A DNA stretch of 32,000 nt from Acidothermus cellulolyticus 11B (GCF_000015025.1 NC_008578.1:120001-152000); one strand, 5' to 3'; shown: positions 7,602-15,881, numbered from the stretch's first letter. The notes: generated from the sequence alone by a model not told the origin. A program made the numbers and translations.

Positions 7602-8795
7602 ATGCCCCCAAGACGTCATATGGTCCAGACCAGTCGAGCTCAGCTCCTCGACTGGCAGCGCCGATTGCCGCTTCCGGTGAAGTTTGGGCTCGCGTTTGCC
7701 GGCGCCACCCTGCCGTTTCTCATCGGACTGGCCGTGATCGCCATGTGGGCGGACGCCAGTCCGGAACACGTTCGGGACACGGCGTTCGTCACCCTCGGCG
7801 TTGGCGCCGCGGCAGCGGCAGTCGCGAGCTGGCGGTTGAGCCGGGCGGTCGTGGTCCCGATGCGACGGGCGATCGACGTGCTCCGGGAAGCCGCCGCGGG
7901 CAACTTGACCCGTCGGCTGCCCGGCGTCCGCCGGCGTGACGAGTTCGGAGCGATGGCCCGCGCACTGAACACCATGCTGGACGCCGCTGCGGACGCGTTC
8001 TTTGCGGTCACCACGGGCATTCGCCTGTTGGCGCAGACATCGGGCCGGCTCGCGCAGACGGCGACCAAGCTGGCCGACTCAGCGGATCGCGCGTCGGATC
8101 AGTCGACTCTTGTCTCCTATGCGGCCGACCAAGTCAGTTCGAACGTGGTGGGAGTGGCCGGCAGCTCCGAACAGATGGCCGCGGCGATCCGCGACATCGC
8201 GGACAACGCGAGCCGGGCCGCGGCGGTGGCAGCGGAGGCGGCTGCAACCGCGGAGCGGGCGGACAGCACGGTTGCCAAGCTGGGTGAGAGTTCGGCGGAG
8301 ATCGGCAACATCCTCAAGGTAATCACGTCGATCGCGCGCCAGACACACCTCCTCGCGTTGAATGCCACGATTGAGGCAGCGCGCGCCGGCGAGGCTGGGC
8401 GAGGCTTTGCCGTGGTCGCTGCCGAGGTGAAGGATCTTGCCGATGCGACCGCGCGAGCCACCGACGACATCGCTCAAATGATCAAGACTATCCAGGACGA
8501 CGCCGCCGAGGCGGTTACGATGATCAGGCAGATCAGCGCGGTGGTCGACCGAATCAACGACTTTCAGTCCACGATTGCCGGGGCGGTCGAGGAGCAGACC
8601 GCATCGAGCAATGAAATGACCCGCGCGATCGCTGGTGCCGCCGCGGCATCCGAGGACATCGCGGGCAGCATCGTCGGCGTCGCGGCGGCTGCGTTGGCGA
8701 CCGCCAGCGGGGTCGGCGACACCCGGCTCGCATCGGCGGATCTGGCTCACACCGCTAACCAGCTCGAAGGCGTGGTCCGCCGGTTCCGCTACTAG
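7602..8795 (+). CDS. Methyl-accepting chemotaxis protein (2 TM, HAMP and MA signalling domain, no sensor domain)
   Basis: This is the internal ATG 7602 of ORF 7209..8795, preceded by GGAGAGG. It has two TM helices separated by about 10 residues, a HAMP region ([21 protein letters not shown]...[15 protein letters not shown]) and the highly conserved MCP hairpin tip ([37 protein letters not shown]). Confidence 0.9.
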   Translation: MPPRRHMVQTSRAQLLDWQRRLPLPVKFGLAFAGATLPFLIGLAVIAMWADASPEHVRDTAFVTLGVGAAAAAVASWRLSRAVVVPMRRAIDVLREAAAGNLTRRLPGVRRRDEFGAMARALNTMLDAAADAFFAVTTGIRLLAQTSGRLAQTATKLADSADRASDQSTLVSYAADQVSSNVVGVAGSSEQMAAAIRDIADNASRAAAVAAEAAATAERADSTVAKLGESSAEIGNILKVITSIARQTHLLALNATIEAARAGEAGRGFAVVAAEVKDLADATARATDDIAQMIKTIQDDAAEAVTMIRQISAVVDRINDFQSTIAGAVEEQTASSNEMTRAIAGAAAASEDIAGSIVGVAAAALATASGVGDTRLASADLAHTANQLEGVVRRFRY

Positions 8796-8823
8796 TCCGG
8801 GAACGGCTAGTCCGGGGAACCGG
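8792..8823. repeat. Tandem duplication spanning the MCP stop codon
   Basis: ctagtccgggaacgg (8792-8806) is followed directly by ctagtccggggaaccgg (8807-8823). The first unit contains the MCP TAG stop (8793-8795). Confidence 0.7.
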
Positions 8824-9059
8824 CGAGCGTCGCCGCCTGCGCTTACCGTGGATCGGTGTGATCGCCGGTGGCTCTACCTGGATCGCCGACCGTCGCCGCC
8901 TGTGGTCGGCGTCGGTTGTGTGCGTGACCGGCTGCCGGTCCGTTGCGATCGGCGCTTGAGGGCACCGGTGGCCTCCCGCTCTCCGAGGGGGCGCTGCGGC
9001 TCCGCGACTGTCCGTCGTCGTGGTGCTCGCCTGTCGCGCCCACACCGCGTATCCTGCTC

Positions 9060-9075
9060 AAAGGTCTAGACCTAT
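9060..9075. promoter_or_regulatory. DasR/NagR-type (GntR-HutC) dre-like operator candidate
   Basis: AGGTCTAGACCT (9062-9073) is a perfect 12-bp palindrome. Its core GGTCTAGACC equals the core of the Streptomyces dre consensus ACTGGTCTAGACCACT. It lies about 48 nt upstream of the GH3/NagZ-like start codon. Confidence 0.5.
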
Positions 9076-9120
9076 CTCGGTCCTGCTCTGTCGGTGGCCA
9101 GCGGCGAGGCGGAGGTACCC

Positions 9121-10589
9121 ATGGACGTCGTTCAGCTCGTCAATAGCTGCCTGTTGCCCGGCTTTGCCGGTGGTGACCAGTTACCGGACTGGGTACGCCG
9201 GGCGCTCGACCAGGGACTCGCCGGCGTGGCGATTTACGGGCACAACCTCGTGGACGACGGGTCGGTCGCCCGCATTGCGCAGGCCGTTCACAACACCGCG
9301 CCGGATGCACTGGTTGCCCTCGACGAAGAAGGCGGCGACGTCACCCGACTCGAATATCGGACGGGTAGCTCCTACCCGGGCAATTTGGCGCTCGGCGTGG
9401 TGGACGACCTCGAACTGACGGCACGTGTCGCGGCGGCGATCGCAGCGGATCTCGTTGCCGCAGGAGTGAATTACAACCTGGCGCCGGCCGTCGACGTGAA
9501 TAGCGATCCGCGAAATCCAGTCATCGGCGTCCGGTCGTTCGGCGCTGATCCCGACAAGGTGGCGGCGCACGGTGCGACGTTCATCACCGCCATGCAGTCT
9601 CGGGGAATTGCAACCGCAGCGAAGCATTTTCCGGGACACGGCGCCACCGTTGCCGATTCGCACCACACGCTGCCAGTGATCGACGTCGATGAACCGACCT
9701 TTCGACGGCGGGATTTGCCGCCGTTCGTCGCGGCGATCCAAGCCGGCGCAGCGAGCATCATGACGTCACACGTTGTCTTTACCGCGCTCGACGCTGATCT
9801 CCCGGCCACTCTCAGTCCACGCCTGCTGCGCGGCCTGCTTCGCAGTGAACTCGGCTATTCCGGCGTCGTCGTGACCGATGCGCTCGACATGCGAGCCGTC
9901 GCCGATACGTGGGGAATAGCCGGTGCGGCGGTTCGTGCGCTTGCTGCGGGTGCGGACCTGCTTCTTGTCGGCGCTGTGGACGGCGAGCGCTACTGCGCCG
10001 AGATTCACGCTGCGGTAACCGACGCGATTGCGGCTGGTGATCTGACCGTGGAGACGTTGGAGGCAGCCGCCGCGCGCATCCGAGCGCTGCGGGAATTCGC
10101 AGCTGTTCGTCGCGGAGATTCTCGTCGTGCGGATGGCCGTGGCGGGCGTGACAGCGGCCTTCTCGCTGCACGACGCGCCCTCCAGGTGCGCGGCGACGTG
10201 CACATTGCGGAACCAGCTGTCGTCGTCGAGTTACGGGCTGCCGCCAATCCTGCCGTGGGTGAGGCGTATTGGAGTCTTGCTGACGCCCTCGACAGATTTG
10301 GCCTCCTTGCGGAACGCATCGCTGTTCATGACGGAAGTCCGCATGCGGACGAGATAGCGGCCCGCGCCCAGGGACGTCCGCGGTGGTCGTCGCGGTCCGC
10401 GACGCCTATCGGAGTGCGTGGCAGCGCGACTGGGTGCGCGCTTTTTTCGGCGGGCGTCCGGACGCTGTACTGGTGGCCGTCGGAATGCCGAATGATGCGG
10501 AACTCTCTAACGGGCGTGTCCTGCTTACCTTCGGCGCAGGCCTGGTGAATATGACGGCGGCGGCGGAGGTCATCGCCGGCCGGCGATGA
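9121..10589 (+). CDS. nagZ: GH3 beta-N-acetylhexosaminidase (NagZ-like), interrupted by an apparent frameshift near 10359-10383
   Basis: ATG at 9121 follows GGAGG. GH3 NagZ motifs are present: LDEEGGDV, NLAPAVDV, KHFPGHG, VVVTDALDM. After ...ARAQGRP the frame yields nonsense up to 10548. ORF 10383..10589 in a different frame (VVVAVRDAYRSAWQRDWV...LLTFGAGLVNMTAAAEVIAGRR) looks like the genuine C-terminus. Confidence 0.85.
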
Positions 10590-10599
10590 CCTCCGCCGC
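10560..10599. terminator. 40-bp perfect palindrome between convergent genes (bidirectional terminator-like hairpin)
   Basis: gcggcggaggtcatcgccgg|ccggcgatgacctccgccgc is perfectly self-complementary. It overlaps the last codons and TGA (10587-10589) of the GH3 gene and ends 10 nt before the stop of the convergent GH16 gene. There is no U-tract. Confidence 0.6.
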
Positions 10600-10608
10600 G
10601 GTTCAGCC

Positions 10609-12018
10609 TCAAGGCGCGAAGGTGAACCAGTTCACGTTGACGAAGTCCTGGCCGGAGCCGGTGACGAACTTGAGGAAGACGGTATGCACACCGGTCGTTC
10701 CACTGATGTTTGCCGGTACGGTCCGCCAACTCTGCCAGCCTCCGGTATTGGCGATGGCAAAACTGCCGATAGCGGGGTTGTTCAGACTGTCGAGATGGAC
10801 TTCGACGAGACCGCTCACTCCAGCGGCGGACCCCGATGCGACGCGGGCCTTGAATTGAGTGAGCGGCGTGGAACCGAAGTCGACATTGTTGTACTGCAGC
10901 CAGTCGCCGTTGCCGATCCAGCCGACGTCCAGGCCGCCGCCGGTGTCCGAGCAGGGTTCGGTCTGCGTACCCGATTGGGCCGCGTAATTCTCCGCCTGGA
11001 TGGTCGACGTCGCGGACACCGTGCCGCCACCACCGCCGCCACCACCACCGCCGGTCTGGTACACCGCAACCCAGTCGATGCTCATGCCCGCGCCCGATGT
11101 GGTTGCGGCCGTCGGGGTCGTGCATCCGCAGACACCGTTGGGGAAACCGCCGCCCATCGCGACGTCAAAGATGAGGAAGAAGCCGTGGTCGATCGCATTC
11201 TGCCAGGTCGTTGGGTCCATCTGACTTTCGTTGATGGTGTAATTCAGATTTCCGTCGACGTAAAACCGCAACTGCTCGGCGCTTGTGTTCCGTCGGTCGA
11301 CAATCACCGCGTACGTGTGATAGCCGGTCTGACAGCCGCTGCACGCGACGAGCCCGCTCCCCAAACCCGATGTCTCGTTGCACGGTCCGCCCGGATTGAC
11401 CCCGCAGTGCAGGGTCTGTGCGACCTGCGATCGGGCATTGACGTCCTCCATGATGTCCAGCTCGCCGATGCTCGGCCAGTTCGTCGCGCCAACGGGACGG
11501 GCGGCTGCACCGAGGGCCCAGAAGGCGGGCCAGTACCCGAGTCCGCTCGCCGGGTTTGGTTGTTGCAACGACGCGATGATCTCCAGTTGGCCGCCGGGTG
11601 GCGCAGCGAAGTCTGTCCGTTGCGTCTCGATCCGTCCGGAGGTCCAGCTGCCGTTGGCGTTGCGAATCGGCTTGATCACCAGATGGCCATTGCCGTCCTG
11701 GTAGACGTTGGCGGTTGAGTTGGTCATCGTCTCGACTTCACCGGTTCCCCAATTCGGTGCGCCGCCCGGATACCCGGTTCCGGTGTCATACAGCCAGTTC
11801 GCGGTGTTGACCCCGCTGCCTGCCGGTCCGGTGAAGTCGTCGCTGAAGACCGTCGTCCACCCCGATGGCGGCGACGGTACAGCTGCTTGCGCCGGCTTGG
11901 ATACCGGCAGGAGAAGCGCCGCCGCCGGCAGCGCTGCGATCAGTGTCCGCCCGAGCGACCACAAGGATCGCCGCGACTTCCCCCGTTTCTCCCGCTTTGC
12001 GAAGGTCTTGCGGTGCAT
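10609..12018 (-). CDS. Secreted GH16 beta-glucanase (laminarinase/lichenase type) with Gly10 linker and C-terminal CBM6
   Basis: 469 aa. It has a signal peptide (…ALPAAALLLPVSKPAQA-A), the GH16 catalytic motif GELDIMED (E-x-D-x-x-E) and a GGGGGGGGGG linker (codons at 11023-11052). The C-terminal part is CBM6-like: IQAENYAAQSG...GGLDVGWIGNGDWLQYNNVDFG...VNVNWFTF. Confidence 0.9.
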   Translation of the reverse strand: MHRKTFAKREKRGKSRRSLWSLGRTLIAALPAAALLLPVSKPAQAAVPSPPSGWTTVFSDDFTGPAGSGVNTANWLYDTGTGYPGGAPNWGTGEVETMTNSTANVYQDGNGHLVIKPIRNANGSWTSGRIETQRTDFAAPPGGQLEIIASLQQPNPASGLGYWPAFWALGAAARPVGATNWPSIGELDIMEDVNARSQVAQTLHCGVNPGGPCNETSGLGSGLVACSGCQTGYHTYAVIVDRRNTSAEQLRFYVDGNLNYTINESQMDPTTWQNAIDHGFFLIFDVAMGGGFPNGVCGCTTPTAATTSGAGMSIDWVAVYQTGGGGGGGGGGTVSATSTIQAENYAAQSGTQTEPCSDTGGGLDVGWIGNGDWLQYNNVDFGSTPLTQFKARVASGSAAGVSGLVEVHLDSLNNPAIGSFAIANTGGWQSWRTVPANISGTTGVHTVFLKFVTGSGQDFVNVNWFTFAP

Positions 12019-12056
12019 GATGCCTCCGATGGTGAGAGAAACTTCTTCCGCCCTCT

Positions 12057-12074
12057 TGTGAGAGCGCTCTCACA
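12057..12074. promoter_or_regulatory. 18-bp perfect palindrome, LacI-family-type operator candidate upstream of the GH16 gene
   Basis: TGTGAGAGCGCTCTCACA is identical to its reverse complement. It sits 39-56 nt upstream of the GH16 ATG. It has a central GCGC like the CebR/CelR box, but the arms are GAGA rather than GGGA. Confidence 0.55.
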
Positions 12075-12350
12075 GAGATTAGGCTCCCTGTCGGCCGAAG
12101 GGAAGAGGGGAGAAGGATGAATTGGTCGGAGCGCCTGTTCCGGGAGCGGCCCGGAGGCACGTCGGGGGTACCCCGCTGGCGTGGCTGGACCCGCCGTGGC
12201 CGTCGCTCCGGTTCCCTACATGCGCATTGCGCCGGCGTGGGGGCCTGCTGTGCACGCGGCCCGCGGTCGGAAGGGGCGGACAGAGGCAACGTATCTGGTC
12301 AGCGCCATGCGCCACTGGCGGCCGCGCACCGCCCCCTATGCTCAAGCCGG

Positions 12351-12364
12351 TGGGAACGTTCCGC
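12351..12364. promoter_or_regulatory. CebR/CelR-like box (distal) upstream of cebE
   Basis: TGGGAACGTTCCGC contains the perfect 10-bp palindrome GGAACGTTCC. It resembles the 14-bp cellulase/cellobiose operator TGGGAGCGCTCCCA. Confidence 0.5.
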
Positions 12365-12471
12365 CGGACGCTCTTCGCAAAACGGACAGGAAAAAGTCTC
12401 GAATTGGCAACGATTTCCCCGGACGGGGTTGACATCGGGCGCACGACGCGGCGATGCTCACCTCGTCAGGG

Positions 12472-12485
12472 TGGGAACGTGACCA
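12472..12485. promoter_or_regulatory. CebR/CelR-like box (proximal) upstream of cebE
   Basis: TGGGAACGTGACCA is self-complementary at 10 of 14 positions and shares the TGGGAACGT half-site with the box at 12351. It lies 28 nt upstream of the cebE ATG, downstream of a TTGACA hexamer at 12429-12434. Confidence 0.4.
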
Positions 12486-12512
12486 CACCTACGGTCTTCC
12501 TCAGGAGGCTCT

Positions 12513-13901
12513 ATGTTCATGACACACAGGCGGACACGCCTGGCACTCGGGGTTGCAGCAGTCGCAGCCCTGGCTCTCGCCGGTTGTTCCTCCGGCAAAT
12601 CGACCAAGTCCGCAGCGTCAGGTTCGCCATCGAGCGCGGGCTCATCCAGCCCGGCGGCGAGTGCGTCAGCCAGCGCATCCGCCAGCGGTGCTTGGAACTG
12701 CGGTGACGGCGGTCAGAAGATCACCCTCAAGATCGGACTCTTCGGAAACTTCGCGTACAAGACGGCAGGTCTGTACGACCAGTACCAGAAGCTCTGCCCG
12801 AACATCACGATTCAGGAAGACGACATCGAGCAGAGCTCTGACTACTGGAACAAACTCAAGACCAACCTCGCCGCCGGCTCTGGTCTGGACGACATCCAGG
12901 CGATTGAGGTCGGTTTCGTCGCCCAGGTGACGGCGAACTACGCCGACAAGTTCGTCGACTTCAACACTGTTCCGAATGCCGACAAGATCAAGTCGACGTT
13001 CTTCCCCTGGAAGTGGCAGATGGCGACCTCAACGGACGGCAAGACCGTCGGTCTGGGTACCGACGCTGGTCCGGAGGCGATGTGCTACCGCCACGACCTG
13101 CTTCAGCAGGCTGGTATGGACGCCGACCGCGACAAGCTCGCTCAGGACTGGGCGACCTGGGACGACTTCATCAAGTTCGGTGAGCAGTACAAGCAGAAGA
13201 CCGGTAAGGCGTTTATCGACTCCACCGGCAGCATCTTTAACGCCGCGGTGTACCAGAGCTCCGAGGCCTACGACAACGCGCAAGGCCAGCCGGACGTGGC
13301 GAACTCCCCGGGTGTGAAGGCCGCGTGGGACCTCGCTGTGAAGGCGGCTCAGGCGGGAATCACTGCAAAGATCAACCAGTGGACGCCGGAGTGGAACCAG
13401 TCGTTCGCCAGCGGCCGGTTCGCGACCATCTCCTGCCCGGCGTGGATGCTCGCCTACATCACCTCCCAGGCCGGTGACGCCGGTAAGGGCAAGTGGGACG
13501 TGACGTCGCTGCCCGGCGGTTCGGCCAACTGGGGTGGTTCGTGGCTCGGTGTGCCGAAGGGTGGCCCGCACGAGCAGGCCGCGATCGCCCTCGCCGAGTG
13601 GCTGACTGCGCCGCAGCAGCAGCTCACCATGTGGAACTCGCAGGGCTTCTGGCCGTCCTCGCAGGTCGCGGCGCAGGACCCGTCGGTGCAGAACAAGACC
13701 AACGAGTACTTCAACAACGCGCCGATCGGCCAAATCTTCGGCAAGGCTGCGTCTGAGCTGAAGATGCCGCCCATCGGTCCATACGACACCGACATTCAGA
13801 GCGCCCTCGACACCGAGCTCGGCAACATCGACCAGAACCACAAGGATCCGACGAAGGCGTGGAACGACGCCCTTGCGAAGATCAAGCAGATTACGGGCTG
13901 A
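12513..13901 (+). CDS. cebE: ABC sugar (cellobiose/cello-oligosaccharide type) substrate-binding lipoprotein
   Basis: ATG follows AGGAGG. There is a lipobox (LALAGC-SSG) and a Ser/Ala-rich tether, then a family-1 solute-binding protein body. It is the first gene of a binding protein, two permeases and GH1 beta-glucosidase operon. Confidence 0.9.
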   Translation: MFMTHRRTRLALGVAAVAALALAGCSSGKSTKSAASGSPSSAGSSSPAASASASASASGAWNCGDGGQKITLKIGLFGNFAYKTAGLYDQYQKLCPNITIQEDDIEQSSDYWNKLKTNLAAGSGLDDIQAIEVGFVAQVTANYADKFVDFNTVPNADKIKSTFFPWKWQMATSTDGKTVGLGTDAGPEAMCYRHDLLQQAGMDADRDKLAQDWATWDDFIKFGEQYKQKTGKAFIDSTGSIFNAAVYQSSEAYDNAQGQPDVANSPGVKAAWDLAVKAAQAGITAKINQWTPEWNQSFASGRFATISCPAWMLAYITSQAGDAGKGKWDVTSLPGGSANWGGSWLGVPKGGPHEQAAIALAEWLTAPQQQLTMWNSQGFWPSSQVAAQDPSVQNKTNEYFNNAPIGQIFGKAASELKMPPIGPYDTDIQSALDTELGNIDQNHKDPTKAWNDALAKIKQITG

Positions 13902-13927
13902 GCCCTACTGACGGTGTCCTAAGGCAC

Positions 13928-13966
13928 GCCTGCCGGCTGGGCAAGCGACTTGCCCAGCCGGCAGGC
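13928..13966 (+). other. Intercistronic hairpin after cebE (18-bp perfect stem, 3-nt loop)
   Basis: gcctgccggctgggcaag-cga-cttgcccagccggcaggc lies between the cebE stop (13901) and the cebF start (14026). No U-tract follows. Confidence 0.6.
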
Positions 13967-14025
13967 TTCCCACCAGAATTCCGAACAACAAGAAATTCAG
14001 CACACGGACCAAGGAGACGGCGCCA

Positions 14026-14988
14026 ATGACGGCCGTGCACGAGACTCACTCAATTTCTACTGTGCCGACCTCCTCTCCACGCCGCCGTCTTCGTCCACGG
14101 ATCGCCCTGATCGGGTCGAAGGCCGCCTACGTCTATGTAGCGCCGTTCTTCATCCTCTTTGCTGTCTTCGGCTTGTACCCACTGATCTACACCGGGTGGG
14201 TCTCGCTGCACGACGTCAGCCTGCTCAACATCAACAAGATGACGTGGGTGGGCTTCAAGAATTACACGTCTCTCTGGCACAACCACTTCTTCCTGAACGC
14301 GCTCGGCAACACCATCACCATTGGCATCATTTCCGCCGTTCCGCAATTGCTGGCCGCATTGGGCATTGCGCACTTGCTGAATTACCGCATGCGGGGATCC
14401 CTGATGTTCCGCATCGCAATGCTCATGCCTTACGCAACCTCGGTCGTCGCCACGACGCTCATCTTCAGCCAGCTCTTTGCCCGTGACACCGGGTTCATCA
14501 ACTGGTTCCTCGGCCTCTTTGGCGTCAGTCCCATTAACTGGAACAACGGCCCGAAATATCTCTCCCAGCTTGCGGTCTCGACGATGGTCATGTGGCGGTG
14601 GACGGGATACAACGCTTTGATCTATCTCGCCGGCATGCAGGCCATTCCATACGAGCTGTATGAAGCGGCCGCCATCGACGGAGCCAACCGGTGGCAGCAA
14701 TTCATGAAGATCACAATTCCGTCGCTGCGGCCGACGATCCTCTTCACCGTTGTGGTCTCCACGATCGGGTCGATGCAGTTGTTCGCCGAACCGTACCTGT
14801 TCAGCAACAACACCAACGGTGGCGGCAGCGGTCAGTACCAGACGCTGACGCTCTTCCTCTACCAGCAAGGCTGGCAGTACAACCACCTCGGTTATGCCGC
14901 AGCCGTGGCGTGGACGATGCTGGCAATCATCGTCGTCCTCGTCCTTATCAATGCGGGCTTGACCAACCTGCGGGCGCGGAAAGGTTAG
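14026..14988 (+). CDS. cebF: ABC sugar transporter permease (MalF/CebF type)
   Basis: ATG follows AAGGAGA. 320 aa with 6 TM and an EAA-loop region (YEAAAIDGANRWQQFMKITIPSLRP). Confidence 0.9.
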   Translation: MTAVHETHSISTVPTSSPRRRLRPRIALIGSKAAYVYVAPFFILFAVFGLYPLIYTGWVSLHDVSLLNINKMTWVGFKNYTSLWHNHFFLNALGNTITIGIISAVPQLLAALGIAHLLNYRMRGSLMFRIAMLMPYATSVVATTLIFSQLFARDTGFINWFLGLFGVSPINWNNGPKYLSQLAVSTMVMWRWTGYNALIYLAGMQAIPYELYEAAAIDGANRWQQFMKITIPSLRPTILFTVVVSTIGSMQLFAEPYLFSNNTNGGGSGQYQTLTLFLYQQGWQYNHLGYAAAVAWTMLAIIVVLVLINAGLTNLRARKG

Positions 14989-14993
14989 AGGCG

Positions 14994-15881
14994 ATGGCAA
15001 CCGTCGAACAAACCATTCGTACCGCGCCGGCGCGGCGCTCGCGGCGGCGCTCACGAGCCGGTCGGCAGCTGACCGCCGGGCCTTTCACCTACATCGTGCT
15101 GACCATCGTGACGGTGATTTCGGTCTTTCCGCTGTACTACACGATGGTGATCGGCTCGCACACCAATGCCGAGATGGCGCAAACCCCGCCGCCGTTCACC
15201 GTCAATACCTCGCTCTTCGACAACATGCGTGGAGCGCTCAAGCAGCAGCCGCTCTTCCGCGACATCTTCAACTCCATCATCGTGTCCGGATTCATCACCC
15301 TCGGAACAGTCGCTTTCTGTACCCTGAGCGGTTTCGCCTTTGCGAAACTCCGTTTTCGCGGCAACAAGCTCTTGTTCGCACTGACCATCGGGACGACGCT
15401 TATTCCCCCGCAGCTCGGCGTCATTCCGCTCTACATCTACATGTCCAAGTTTCACCTCACCCACCACTTGGCTGCTGTAATCTTGCCGAACCTGGTCAGC
15501 GCATTCGGCGTGTTCTTCATGCGCCAGTACCTTGTGACGGCGATGCCGACGGAGCTGCTTGAAGCAGGGTGGGTGGACGGAGCGTCGACATTTCGCATTT
15601 TCCGCTCCGTCGTTGTGCCGATCGCGCGTCCTGCCATGGCGGTTCTCGGAATGATCACATTTCTCTTTGCCTGGAACGACTTCTTCTGGCCGATGATCGC
15701 GCTGACCACGCGGAATGCAACCGTTCAGGTCGGTTTGGCGGGTCTGGGTCAGGGTTACGTACCGCAGCAGGCGATCATCATGGCAGGCACCATGCTCTGC
15801 ACCTTCCCGCTGCTCATCGTTTTCGTGTTACTCGGCAGGCAGATTGTTGGAGGCATCATGCAAGGAGCGGTCAAGGGATGA
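14994..15881 (+). CDS. cebG: ABC sugar transporter permease (MalG/CebG type)
   Basis: This is the internal ATG 14994 of ORF 14691..15881, 6 nt after the cebF stop. It has an EAA loop (LEAGWVDGASTFRIFRSVVVPIARP) and 6 TM. Confidence 0.9.
   Translation: MATVEQTIRTAPARRSRRRSRAGRQLTAGPFTYIVLTIVTVISVFPLYYTMVIGSHTNAEMAQTPPPFTVNTSLFDNMRGALKQQPLFRDIFNSIIVSGFITLGTVAFCTLSGFAFAKLRFRGNKLLFALTIGTTLIPPQLGVIPLYIYMSKFHLTHHLAAVILPNLVSAFGVFFMRQYLVTAMPTELLEAGWVDGASTFRIFRSVVVPIARPAMAVLGMITFLFAWNDFFWPMIALTTRNATVQVGLAGLGQGYVPQQAIIMAGTMLCTFPLLIVFVLLGRQIVGGIMQGAVKG

Noticed and set aside
11023-11052. GCC/ACC trinucleotide-like repeat (possible microsatellite or CRISPR-like repeat)
   Set aside because: It is simply the codons for the Gly10 linker between the GH16 and CBM6 domains. 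There is no spacer-repeat organisation anywhere in the window.
10684-11718. 344-aa plus-strand ORF; also 14050..15054 minus strand (334 aa)
   Set aside because: These are antisense to the GH16 gene and the cebF/cebG permease genes respectively. They show no motifs and poor codon pattern.
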